Assembly (NCBI GenBank): GCA_964016885.1
Contig: OZ024743.1
Location: 185,628,001-185,692,000, forward strand
Direction: 5' to 3'
Length of the DNA stretch: 64,000 nt
Source: Eledone cirrhosa
Lineage: Eukaryota
Shown piece after piece: positions 1-13,490 of this stretch (position 1 is the stretch's first letter; the number at the start of each line of letters is the position of its first letter). The notes under the pieces were generated by a model. It saw nothing but the letters and a program-made list of their open reading frames with translations, made no database searches and was not told where the DNA came from. The position numbers were made by a program, and so were the translations under genes.

Positions 1-3000
1 AAACGTTAACAGTGTTGGTGAGTGAGATTCTAGCATGGCATAAACGTTAACAGTGTTGGTGAGTGAGATTCTAGCATGGCATAAACGTTAACAGTGTTGG
101 TGAGTGAGATTCTAGCATGGCATAAACGTTAAAAGTGTTGTTGACTGAGATTCTAGCATGGCATAAACGTTAACAGTGTTGTTGAGTGAGATTCTAGCAT
201 GGCATAAACGTTAACAGTGTTGTTGAGTGAGATTCTAGCATGGCATAAACGTTAACAGTGTTGTTGAGTGAGATTCTAGTATGGCATAAACGTTAACAGT
301 GTTGGTTAGTGAGATTCTAGCATGGCATAAACGTTAACAGTGTTGGTGAGTGAGATTCTAGCATGGCATAAACGTTAACAGTGTTGGTGAGTGAGATTCT
401 AGTATGGCATAAACGTTAACAGTGTTGGTAAGTGAGATTCTAGCATGGCATAAACGTTAACAGTGTTGGTGAGTGAGATTCTAGCATGGCATAAACGTTA
501 ACAGTGTTGGTGATTGAGATTCTAGCATGGCATAAACGTTAACAGTGTTGGTGAGTGAGATTCTAGTATGGCATAAACGTTAACAGTGTTTGTGAGTGAG
601 ATTCTAGTATGGCATAAACGTTAACAGTGTTGGTGAGTGAGATTCTAGCATGGCATAAACGTTAACAGTGTTGGTGAGTGAGATTCTAGTATGGCATAAA
701 CGTTAACAGTGTTGGTGAGTGAGATTCTAGCATGGCATAAACGTTAACAGTGTTGGTGAGTGAGATTCTAGCATGGCATAAACGTTAACAGTGTTGGTGA
801 GTGAGATTTTAGCATGGCATAAACGTTAACAGTGTTGGTGAGTGAGATTCTAGTATGGCATAAACGTTAACAGTGTTTGTGAGTGAGATTCTAGTATGGC
901 ATAAACGTTAACATTGTTGGTGAGTGAGATTCTAGTATGGCATAAACGTTAACAGTGTTGGTGAGTGAGATTCTAGTATGGCATAAACATTAACATTGTT
1001 GTTGAGTGAGATTCTAGTATGGCATAAACGTTAACAGTGTTGGTGAGTGCGATTCTAGTATGGCATAAACATTAACAGTGTTGTTGAGTGAGATTCTAGT
1101 ATGGCATAAACGTTAACAGTGTTGGTGAGTGAGATTCTAGTATGGCATAAACGTTAACAGTGTTGTTGAGTGAGATTCTAGTATGGCATACACATTAACA
1201 GTGTTGTTGAGTGCGATTCTAGCATGGCATACACGTTAAACGTGTTGTTGAGTGAGATTATAGCATGGCATACACATTAACAGTGTTGTTGAGTGAGATT
1301 CTAGTATAGCATAAACGTTAACAGTGTTGGTGAGTGAGATTCTAGTATGGCATAAACGTTAACAGTGTTGGTGAGTGAGATTCTAGTATGGCATACACAT
1401 TAACAGTGTTGTTGAGTGAGATTCTTACATGGCATAAACGTTAACAGTGTTGTTGACTGAGATTCTAGCATGGCATAAACGTTAACAGTGTTGTTGAGTG
1501 AGATTCTAGCATGGCATAAACGTTAACAGTGTTGTTGAGTGAGATTCTAGCATGGCATAAATGTTAACAGTGTTGTTGAGTGAGATTCTAGCATGGTATA
1601 AACGTTAACAGTGTTGGTGAGTGAGATTCTAGCATGGCATAAACGTTAACAGTGTTGTTGAGTGAGATTCTAGCATGGTATAAACGTTAACAGCGTTGTT
1701 GAGTGAGATTCTAGCATGGTATAAACGTTAACAGTGTTGGTGAGTGAGATTCTAGCATGGCATAAACGTTAACAGTGTTGTTGAGTGAGATTCTAGCATG
1801 GCATAAACGTTAACAGTGTTGTTGAGTGAGATTGTAGTATGGCATAAACGTTAACAGTGTTGGTGAGTGAGATTCTAGCATGGCATAAACGTTAACAGTG
1901 TTGGTGAGTGAGATTCTAGCATGGCATAAACGTTAACAATGTTGTTGAGTGAGATTCTAGCATGGCATAAACGTTAACAGTGTTGTTGAGTGAGATTGTA
2001 GTATGGCATAAACGTTAACAGTGTTGGTGAGTGAGATTCTAGCATGGCATAAACGTTAACAGTGTTGGTGAGTGCGATTCTAGTATGGCATACACATTAA
2101 CAGTGTTGTTGAGTGCGATTCTAGCATGGCATACACGTTAAAAGTGTTGTTGAGTGAGATTATAGCATGGCATACACATTAACAGTGTTGTTGAGTGAGA
2201 TTCTAGTATAGCATAAACGTTAACAGTGTTGGTGAGTGAGATTCTAGTATGGCATAAACGTTAACAGTGTTGGTGAGTGAGATTCTAGTATGGCATACAC
2301 ATTAACAGTGTTGTTGAGTGAGATTCTAGCATGGCATAAACGTTAACAGTGTTGTTCAGTGAGATTCTAGTATGGCATAAACGTTAACAGTGTTGGTGAG
2401 TGAGATTCTAGTATGGCACAAACGTTAACAGCGTTGGTGAGTGAGATTCTTACATGGCATAAACGTTAACAGTGTTGTTGACTGAGATTCTAGCATGGCA
2501 TAAACGTTAACAGTGTTGTTGAGTGAGATTCTAGCATGGCATAAACGTTAACAGTGTTGTTGAGTGAGATTCTAGCATGGCATAAACGTTAACAGTGTTG
2601 TTGAGTGAGATTCTAGCATGGTATAAACGTTAACAGTGTTGGTGAGTGAGATTCTAGCATGGCATAAACGTTAACAGTGTTGTTGAGTGAGATTCTAGCA
2701 TGGTATAAACGTTAACAGTGTTGTTGAGTGAGATTCTAGCATGGTATAAACGTTAACAGTGTTGGTGAGTGAGATTCTAGCATAGCATAAACGTTAACAG
2801 TGTTGTTGAGTGAGATTCTAGCATGGTATAAACGTTAACAGTGTTGGTGAGTGAGATTCTAGCATGGCATAAACGTTAACAGTGTTGTTGAGTGAGATTC
2901 TAGCATGGTATATAAGTTAACAGTGTTGGTGAGTGAGATTCTAGCATGGCATAAACGTTAACAGTGTTGTTGAGTGAGATTCTAGCATGGCATAAACGTT

Positions 3001-6000
3001 AACAGTGTTGTTGAGTGAGATTGTAGTATGGCATAAACGTTAACAGTGTTGGTGAGTGAGATTCTAGCATGGCATAAACGTTAACAGTGTTGGTGAGTGA
3101 GATTCTAGCATGGCATAAACGTTAACAGTGTTGTTGAGTGAGATTCTAGCATGGCATAACCGTTAACAGTGTTGTTGAGTGAGATTGTAGTATGGCATAA
3201 ACGTTAACAGTGTTGGTGAGTGAGATTCTAGCATGGCATAAACGTTAACAGTGTTGGTGAGTGCGATTCTAGTATGGTATAAACATTAACAGTGTTGTTG
3301 AGTGAGATTCTAGTATGGCATAAACGTTAACAGTGTTGGTGAGTGAGATTCTAGTATGGCATAAACGTTAACAGTGTTGTTGAGTGAGATTCTAGTATGG
3401 CATACACATTAACAGTGTTGTTGAGTGAGATTCTAGCATGGCATACACGTTAAAAGTGTTGTTGAGTGAGATTATAGCATGGCATACACATTAACAGTGT
3501 TGTTGAGTGAGATTCTAGTATAGCATAAACGTTAACAGTGTTGGTGAGTGAGATTGTAGTATGGCATAAACGTTAACAGTGTTGGTGAGTGAGATTCTAG
3601 CATGGCATAAACGTTAACAGTGTTGGTGAGTGAGATTCTAGCATGGCATAAACGTTAACAGTGTTGTTGAGTGAGATTCTAGCATGGCATAAACGTTAAC
3701 AGTGTTGTTGAGTGAGATTGTAGTATGGCATAAACGTTAACAGTGTTGGTGAGTGAGATTCTAGCATGGCATAAACGTTAACAGTGTTGGTGAGTGCGAT
3801 TCTAGTATGGCATAAACATTAACAGTGTTGTTGAGTGAGATTCTAGTATGGCATAAACGTTAACAGTGTTGGTGCGTGAGATTCTAGTATGGCATAAACG
3901 TTAACAGTGTTGTTGAGTGAGATTCTAGTATGGCATACACATTAACAGTGTTGTTGAGTGAGATTCTAGCATGGCATACACGTTATAAGTGTTGTTGAGT
4001 GAGATTATAGCATGGCATACACATTAACAGTGTTGTTGAGTGAGATTCTAGTATAGCATAAACGTTAACAGTGTTGGTGAGTGAGATTGTAGTATGGCAT
4101 AAACGTTAACAGTGTTGGTGAGTGAGATTCTAGTATGGCATACACATTAACAGTGTTGTTGAGTGAGATTCTAGCATGGCATAAACGTTAACAGTGTTGT
4201 TCAGTGAGATTCTAGTATGGCATAAACGTTAACAGTGTTGGTGAGTGAGATTCTAGTATGGCACAAACGTTAACAGTGTTGGTGAGTGAGATTCTAACAT
4301 GGCATAAACGTTAACAGTGTTGTTGACTGAGATTCAAGCATGGCATAAACGTTAACAGTGTTGTTGAGTGAGATTCTAGCATGGCATAAACGTTAACAGT
4401 GTTGTTGAGTGAGATTCTAGCATGGCATAAACGTTAACAGGGTTGTTGAGTGAGATTCTAGCATGGTATAAACGTTAACAGTGTTGGTGAGTGAGATTCT
4501 AGTATGGCATAAACGTTAACAGTGTTTGTGAGTGAGATTCTAGTATGGCATAAACGTTAACAGTGTTGGTGAGTGAGATTCTAGCATGGCATAAACGTTA
4601 ACAGTGTTGGTGAGTGAGATTCTAGTATGGCATAAACGTTAACAGTGTTGGTGAGTGAGATTCTAGCATGGCATAAACGTTAACAGTGTTGGTGAGTGAG
4701 ATTCTAGCATGGCATAAACGTTAACAGTGTTGGTGAGTGAGATTCTAGCATGGCATAAACGTTAACAGTGTTGTTGACTGAGATTCTAGCATGTCATAAA
4801 CGTTAACAGTGTTGTTGAGTGAGATTCTAGCATGGCATAAACGTTAACAGTGTTGTTGAGTGAGATTCTAGCATGGCATAAACGTTAACAGTTTTGTTGA
4901 GTGAGATTCTAGCATGGTATAAACGTTAACAGTGTTGGTGAGTGAGATTCTAGCATGGCATAAACGTTAACAGTGTTGTTGAGTGAGATTCTAGCATGGC
5001 ATAAACGTTAACAGTGTTGTTGAGTGAGATTCTAGCATGGTATAAACGTTAACAGTGTTGGTGAGTGAGATTCTAGCATGGCATAAACGTTAACAGTGTT
5101 GTTGAGTGAGATTCTAGCATGGTATAAACGTTAACAGTGTTGGTGAGTAAGATTCTAGCATGGCATAAACGTTAACAGTGTTGTTGAGTGAGATTCTTGC
5201 ATGGTATAAACGTTAACAGTGTTGGTGAGTGAGATTCTAGCATGGCATAAACGTTATCAGTGTTGTTGAGTGAGATTCTAGCATGGTATATAAGTTAACA
5301 GTGTTGGTGAGTGAGATTCTAGCATGGCATAAACGTTAACAGCGTTGTTGAGTGAGATTCTAGCATGGCATAAACGTTAACAGTGTTGTTGAGTGAGATT
5401 GTAGTATGGCATAAACGTTAACAGTGTTGGTGAGTGAGATTCTAGCATGGCATAAACGTTAACAGTGTTGGTGAGTGAGATTCTAGCATGGCATAAACGT
5501 TAACAGTGTTGTTGAGTGAGATTCTAGCATGGCATAAACGTTAACAGTGTTGTTGAGTGAGATTGTAGTATGGCATAAACGTTAACAGTGTTGGTGAGTG
5601 AGATTCTAGCATGGCATAAACGTTAACAGTGTTGGTGAGTGCGATTCTAGTATGGCATAAACATTAACAGTGTTGTTGAGTGAGATTCTAGTATGGCATA
5701 AACGTTAACAGTGTTGGTGAGTGAGATTCTAGTATGGCATAAACGTTAACAGTGTTGGTGAGTGAGATTCTAGCATGGCATAAACGTTAACAGTGTTGGT
5801 GAGTGCGATTCTAGTATGGCATAAACATTAACAGTGTTGTTGAGTGAGATTCTAGTATGGCATAAACGTTAACAGTGTTGGTGAGTGAGATTCTAGTATG
5901 GCATAAACGTTAACAGTGTTGTTGAGTGAGATTCTAGTATGGCATACACATTAACAGTGTTGTTGAGTGAGATTCTAGCATGGCATACACGTTAAAAGTG

Positions 6001-7106
6001 TTGTTGAGTGAGATTATAGCATGGCATACACATTAACAGTGTTGTTGAGTGAGATTCTAGTATAGCATAAACGTTAACAGTGTTGGTGAGTGAGATTCTA
6101 GTATGGCATAAAAGTTAACAGTGTTGGTGAGTGAGATTCTAGTATGGCATACACATTAACAGTGTTGTTGAGTGAGATTCTAGCATGGCATAAACGTTAA
6201 CAGTGTTGTTCAGTGAGATTCTAGTATGGCATAAACGTTAACAGTGTTGGTGAGTGAGATTCTAGTATGGCACAAACGTTAACAGTGTTGGTGAGTGAGA
6301 TTCTAACATGGCATAAACGTTAACAGTGTTGTTGACTGAGATTCTAGCATGGCATAAACGTTAACAGTGTTGTTGAGTGAGATTCTAGCATGGCATAAAC
6401 GTTAACAGTGTTGTTGAGTGAGATTCTAGCATGGTATAAACGTTAATAGTGTTGGTGAGTGAGATTCTAGCATGGCATAAACGTTAACAGTGTTGTTGAG
6501 TGAGATTCTAGCATGGTATAAACGTTAACAGTGTTGGTGAGTGAGATTCTAGCATGGCATAAACGTTAACAGTGTTGTTGAGTGAGATTCTAGCATGGCA
6601 TAAACGTTAACAGTGTTGTTGAGTGAGATTGTAGTATGGCATAAACGTTAACAGTGTTGTTGAGTGAGATTCTAGCATGGTATAAACGTTAATAGTGTTG
6701 GTGAGTGAGATTCTAGCATGGCATAAACGTTAACAGTGTTGTTGAGTGAGATTCTAGCATGGTATAAACGTTAACAGTGTTGGTGAGTGAGATTCTAGCA
6801 TGGCATAAACGTTAACAGTGTTGTTGAGTGAGATTCTAGCATGGCATAAACGTTAACAGTGTTGTTGAGTTAGATTGTAGTATGGCATAAACGTTAACAG
6901 TGTTGTTGAGTGAGATTCTAGCATGGCATAAACGTTAACAGTGTTGTTGAGTGAGATTGTAGTATGGCATAAACGTTAACAGTGTTGGTGAGTGAGATTC
7001 TAGCATGGCATAAACGTTAACAGTGTTGGTGAGTGAGATTCTAGTATGGCATAAACGTTAACAGTGTTGGTGAGTGAGATTCTAGTATGGCATAAACGTT
7101 AACAGT
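1..7106. repeat. 41-bp tandem satellite array (~173 units, open at window start)
   Basis: Unit AAACGTTAACAGTGTTG(G/T)TGAGTGAGATTCTAG(C/T)ATGGCAT repeated head-to-tail; the last partial unit starts at 7094 = 1+173x41. Confidence 0.98.
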
Positions 7107-7954
7107 ACTCGAATGATATCAGTGAGAACAGTCATAAACACTGATATGTGCTATTGCTTTTATTCATCGAAGCAAAAGTTAATTTCAGTCATTGATATCA
7201 TTAGAGTAAAAGCCGTAAGAAACCAGATATGACCAGCTTCTGCATGTTCTCTTTATACTGTCAATGATGTGATTCTGCCTATTCATGAAAGTTAATTAAA
7301 GCTAAAATGAATGAATAAATAAATGAATATACAAACAAATAAAGAGATAAATATATATTCCTATTTATATTGTTTGAATGTTTTCTTGGAGACTATCGTT
7401 CTTCCATCATATCGATTTTTTGTGATTTGTTAAAAGACCAAGTTAGTTGTAGATGTTTAGACATTTCAAGAGTGGCTATCCTCTCTTATTTTCAAGTACT
7501 GTGTATTGTAGGACGATATTATTCACTGTGTTTTTCCTATTTTTCCGGTGGTAGAGTGTGATTTAAGAGGAATTTTGTTCCTATTAGAAATAGAGTATGC
7601 AGTCGCATGGTGATACCCAGTCAGTTGAAGTAGTTGATACTTTTCTCTCGTGATATCCACATTATTCCAACATATGAAACAACACATTACTTAACACCAA
7701 CGAAGTATGAAATTTGGGGCCCTTCTCTAAAAAAATGTTTAAATATTTATACATGATTGTTATTTTTTTATATTAATGTTAATGATAAAGAATAAATAAT
7801 GTCTATATAATATCGAAATGGCTTCTACAGGACTAGAACTCTTTCATTTGGGAGAAATCATCAGGAAGCTCTATTATATATTTAAATATTTATATTCTGC
7901 TTTGTATTGAGTACCTTACTTACTGTGGTTACCCCCGATTGAACCCGGGAGAAA

Positions 7955-8022
<68 letters not shown>

Positions 8023-8025
<3 letters not shown>

Positions 8026-8313
8026 TCATCATCATCATCACCGTTTTACGTCCATTCTTCCATGCTAGCATGGGTTAGACGGGTTGTCTTGTTGTGGGCA
8101 GTGTCCAGTCGTCTGACCTTGTTTTGCTCATACGGGAACTGATTCTGGCTTGATTTCTACAGCTGGATGCCCTTCTTAACACCAACCTCATTTACAGTGA
8201 GTGCTGGGTGCTTTTTTCCCGTGGCGCCTACACGTCCACTTTACAGTGTGGGCTGGGTGCTTTTTTGCCGTGGCACCTCCACGACCATTTTGCAGTGGAA
8301 TGATAGGGACTCC
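8023..8313 (-). mobile_element. SINE/RTE-LINE 3' tail fragment (family A)
   Basis: Reverse complement of the GGTGTTAGGAAGGGCATCCAGCTGTAGAAA...(GAT)n tail seen at 24850-25120, 31000-31178 and 52830-53025; abuts (TA)n. Confidence 0.85.
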
Positions 8314-9769
8314 AGATATTGTCCATCGATTCAACTATTTTAATCGCCATTGAAATTATAAACATTTATAGGAAAACTGAGTTGATTGTCTGAATGGAAT
8401 CCTATACATAGATTGAAAGTTTAAATTCGACAATCAATTTAAAACTGAATTGCCAGAAATCCAAGCCAGTATGAAATGTTATTATATTTACTCCATGCAG
8501 AAGAATGAACTATTCTACTAACAGAAGCTGACTAGGTTACAGAACCTAGATCAAAGGTCTTGTGAATCTACTAACTCTAACTCTGATTCTCTATGTCTGT
8601 CTCTTTCATTCTTTCCATCTCTGTCGTTCTCACCCTCTCTGTTTCTGTCTTTATCACTATCTCTGCCTCTGCCTTTCCCACTCTCTATATATTTATCTAT
8701 ACCCCCTCTCTCTCTAATATTTGCTCATTTCCATTCCTTCAGCATGCCCCAGTTCATTTCCGTTTTCTCATAAAGATGTTTTGAATCACGTCTAGACGTT
8801 GCCAACAACAACTAAACGAAAAGTGAAGCAGCAGTAGATGGCAAATTTGTTTTAGCGTAGAACAAAATGGCATGAGGTATTCATTTCAACTCTCTGTGTT
8901 CTGAGTTCAAATTTCACCAAGGTCAGCTTTGCTTTTCAGCCTTTTTAGGGGTCAATAAAATAAAGAACATTTCCAAAGTGATAAAATCGTGGAATTGTTA
9001 GAACATTGGATGAGATGCCTAGTGGTCCTTGTTCCAGCTCTTACTGTTCCCAATTTAAACCACACAGTGACTTACTTAAGTTACAGACATAATCTGTTGT
9101 CGGGTTTAACACAGCCATTCGGCCACCCACTGGGTGCCTTTAGCAGAGTCCTCTTTGCTGCAAGCATTTGGGCTGGATCCCCTGTTTGAGGATACTTCCT
9201 TCTTTCTGTCACTCTGCCATCAGTCATGGAGGCTCTGAAAAGGATGATGAGCACAATCCTGCCCTCTCTGACTTATCGCTAAAAAAAAAAGAAAATATTT
9301 TGTTCAGAAATAATTTTAAGTATTCTTATCCAATATGCATGAAATATCTGTATGAGATTTACTTATTTAGATTTTAAAATATATTATTTATATTCAGCAC
9401 ATATCTATCGCACAGAAATATGTTCTGGTTCATTTATAGCTATCTTAACATGAGCAACACCAGATATTTTGCTATTATATATATATGTGTGGAGTTGTCT
9501 CAACACAAATGACAATAGTCAATCACTATAAATTTTCCCAATGCTTCTTAAGTCAATCAGTTGTTTACCTTTTTAGATAAGGCTTAAAATCTTTTAAAAA
9601 AAAGATGGAATTAGTGACTAGTGGCTCTTTAGTGTAATGGTTAATGCACTCACCTGGCATTCAGGGTTCGATTCATTGCAGGCACCTTAGTCCACTTTTT
9701 TCAATCCTCAGGAATACTTCAGCCAATTTTCTCAAATGTTATTTATAGTCTCTAAAATTTGACTCAAGC

Positions 9770-9995
9770 CCAGAGGTTCATCAGGCTGTTGCTTATCCTG
9801 ATTTCCATAGCATGAAGCGACTGAGAGTACAAGACTTCCCCTTGGACAGGCTACCACTCTATTACAGGTTTAAAACTCCAGTTATGTTCAGTTAAGTATA
9901 CTGGAGCAAAATGAAATGAAATGTTTTGCTCAAGAACACAACCCACATCATGGTCAAAGTCCAACATCCTTACCACTAGGTCACACGCCTCCATA
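9770..9995 (-). mobile_element. tRNA/CORE-type SINE, divergent tail
   Basis: Reverse complement of the CTTGAGCAA..CA.TT.ATTT core; related copy at ~40700-40925. Confidence 0.6.
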
Positions 9996-10067
9996 TTATT
10001 TACAGTAAACAACTATCATTATGGTCATTTGCATTTGGACGACTATATGTGTATGTGTGCATGTATG

Positions 10068-10098
<31 letters not shown>

Positions 10099-10204
10099 GT
10101 GTGCGTTTGTGCATGCATGTGTGTATGTATGTATGTATATATGTATGTATTGGCAAAGTCAGATAGAATGTTTTGTGGTATTTGTTTCAGCTCTCTAAGT
10201 TCAG

Positions 10205-10990
10205 TGTCACTAGAACTCTACAAGAAGTTACAGGTCCATAAATACATATATACACAGATTACTTACCAGAATCATCTAAAACAGCTAGAACACTTTCACC
10301 AGCAGTACCTTTGTCAAATCTTGGGTCAACACTGGAGAATGTATGTGAGTGATGTTGAGGTCCTTGAAAGAAGTCACTGTCAGAGTATTGAGTCGACTAT
10401 CTTGCTACACTGTCTCTGATGGGTGGGACATGTAGTTAGAATGGAGGACTGTAGGTTACCCATAAAATTCTTTTACGGTGAGTTGCGGGATGGCAAATGC
10501 CCACCTCATAAACCTAAGCTGAGGTTCAAGGATTGTGTGAAAATATCTCCGATGAAATTTAGCATCTTCAATGGAGACTGGGAACAAGCAGCCAATGACT
10601 GAATTCTGTGAAGGGAAGCTGTATATGGAGGGAAAGTACATTTTGAAACAGCCGAAAGAAATTATGAAAGGTTAAAAATGGATGTAAGAATGGGCTTGAA
10701 AGTGGAATTGTCAAGAAGCATGGGAGACCAAGGAGAGCTGACATGCAATAAATGAGGGAGAGCCTGCTTCAGCAAAACTGAATTAAAGAATCACAAAAAG
10801 AGCCATGTAGAAAGGGCTGATCCAAATGTATATGATGAAACAATCTGCCATTAAGGTGGTAAAATCTGCCAATAAGCAGGAAGCCTGAAGTGACACATGA
10901 AAGTACAAGGTAACCAGTCATCGATTCTTGTAGCCAAAGGTCATATCTGTAACATTGGTGCCGGAAAATGTCACAGCCATGCTACACACA
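10205..10990 (+). pseudogene. RTE-clade LINE 3' fragment with decayed C-terminal C2H2 fingers
   Basis: Translates LEHFHQQYLCQILGQHW...L*WVGHVVRMEDCRLPIKFFYGEL..GK (RTE C-terminus) with stops and frameshifts, followed by CxxC...HxxxH-like remnants. Confidence 0.8.
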
Positions 10991-11015
10991 AGCAGAAGCA
11001 TATTCGAAAATTCAA

Positions 11016-11123
<108 letters not shown>

Positions 11124-11199
11124 CTATCATTCAAGCAGGAAAAGAAAAAAAGAAAGACATAAAACATTTATAAAAAATCGAATTAAACTCAACATTTGT

Positions 11200-13490
11200 T
11201 GCTGAAATGTTAGAACCCTTTTGAAGCACAATTCATCAAACTGACTTCAATGGAACATGAGAAAACTTCAGAAATCAAGTACGCAGCAGGAACAGAAGAA
11301 TTGGGATTCAGAGTGAAAAAAAACCATAAAGACTGATGTGATGATAATGAACAAGCTATCAGCCAGCTGTTGAAAAGAAAACATGGTCTTCATGAAAAGG
11401 TTCAGTGAGAGTGCCCAGTAAACTGACCTATTATTAAGAAAACATATAAAGAATGTAAAGCTATCTTACAGCGTGAACTGAGGAAGCTTAAGAATGATTG
11501 GTGGTCGAAGATCTCTGTGGAACTGTTAAAGGTTGGTAATGAGAACATAACTCAAATAGTACTCTATCTCATCACAAAGTGTTGGCCAGACACTCCTGTA
11601 CAACAGGATTGGATCGATGGTAGCTTGGTGGCCTTGTTCAAGGGTAAAGGAGAAAAAGGAATTTGTAATCCCTATCATGGCATTACTCTGTTGGAAGTTG
11701 TGGGCAAAGTTCTTGCTCGATTATTGTTGAATAGGTTGATGGAAGACATTTGTCCTACAGTAATCTCTGAATCACAAAGTAGATTTAGATCTGGCAGAGG
11801 GATGATTGATATGAACTTCTCTGCAAGGCAGATACAGGAGAAATGTATTGAGCAGCTGGTTCCTCTGTATCAGGTTTTTGTTAATCCGACAAATGCCTTT
11901 GTTACAGTGACCAGAGGTGTGCTATGGAAAATACTAAGGAAAGTAAGGTGCCCACCAAAGTTTGTTGATATGTTTTTCCAGCTGCATAGAGATATGAAGG
12001 CTTGGGTAGTCTTTAATGGAGAATTGTCCAATGAAATCCCAGTTGACAATGGTGTGAAGCAAGGAGATATCACAGCTCCCACACTATTTTCAATATTCTT
12101 GATTGTGCTGCGGACTCTTGCATTCCAGGTCTGTGAGAATGGTGCTCTATTGCGAATGGTGCTCTATTGCGAATGGTGTTCTACAGGAAGAATCTTTGAC
12201 CTAAGAAGATTCAATTTCAAGTCCAATGTGTTCTAAACACTAATTAGAGAACTCCTGTATGCAGACGGCGTTGACTTTCTGGCTCACTCTCAAGATGACA
12301 AGCAGCACATCATGGATTGTTTTGCAGTTTCTTGTAATGCCTTTAGTATGAAAATTAATTTGAAAAAGACTAAAGTAATGTTCACCCCAGCACCAGGAGA
12401 AGCATACATTGAGCCAAATATAATGGTACATGGAACTAGGTTGGGTGTATTTGACATTTTTGTTTACTTGGGCAGTGCATTGTTGAGGGATGGTTCACTG
12501 GATGTGGAATACACCTGCACATTGAGAAGAGCTCTGTAACCTTCGGAAAACTCGAAAGAAAGTGTGGGCGGATCATGGCATCAATAACATAGACCAAGAT
12601 TAGTGTGTTCAAAGCCTGTATACAGTCTGCTCTGTTGTACGCCTCAGAGATGTGAACAGTACATCGTAGACACCTCAGTCTGCTTGAACACTTTAATCAA
12701 AAGAGGCAACAAAAATACCTGACACACAAATCCTTATAGATGCTTATTGCACAAGCATTGAACCTGACATCATATCCTCTCAAATGCGTTGGTCAGGCCA
12801 CATTGTTCGTATGAATGAGGATAGACTCCCAATTGAATGATGATAGACAGTCAATTGCACGCTGAGAAACGCCCTCAGCACAAACCAAGAAAAAATATAA
12901 AGACTGCAAAAAAAAAAACAACCTTATGGATCTACAGACTGAACTTCAGAACTAGGATGTGCTAGCTTTAAAGAGGGTTGAATGGAAAAGACATGTGAAG
13001 GAAGGCTGCAGACTGTCTGAAGAGAGATGTCTCGACCATGAAAGTCTTAAACATCAGCCTTGAATAGGCCACAGTAGGAACCTCAATAAGAACAAAGGAA
13101 GCTGGAGATGTAAAGTGTATGGTTGTCTAATGTTCTCTAAATCTGGGTACATCACTCATCTAAAATCACATGAAGGACTAACTGTATGCAGCATTATCCC
13201 TCCAATACTAGGCGAGACAACATGTGTGGTATGCAGAAAAATCTGCAAATTAACTTTTGGTTTTAAAAAGCAAATGAGAGTACATAAGGATGACATTCAC
13301 AAACTGACCTAATCAATCCAATAGAAGGCACATTTTTTTGTCCGTCATATTTGTTCTAGACCATGCAAATCTGCAGCTGGACTTAAAAGCTACCTACAAT
13401 GTCATAGCTGGACATTTGGGGGTGGTGATGATGTTGGGGGTATACAAAGAGATGACAATCATCTGTAAAGATGGTGCAATCACCATGTAT
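11200..13490 (+). pseudogene. RTE (BovB-like) LINE, degenerate RT plus C-terminus
   Basis: ORF 11517-12236 has RT motifs (LFKGKG...YHGITLL, SQSRFRSGRG, GVKQGDITAPTLF); LLYADG at ~12252; INLKKTKVM, FVYLGS; several stops and frameshifts. Confidence 0.9.

Noticed and set aside
1-7106. CRISPR array
   Set aside because: Contiguous monomers with no unique spacers, eukaryotic context, no cas genes.
7815-7870. Hammerhead on the minus strand (CTGATGA...GAAA)
   Set aside because: Stems I and III do not pair convincingly; the related copy at 48880-48960 lacks the core.
9622-9690. tRNA gene
   Set aside because: A/B-box-like motifs but no complete cloverleaf; more likely a SINE head.
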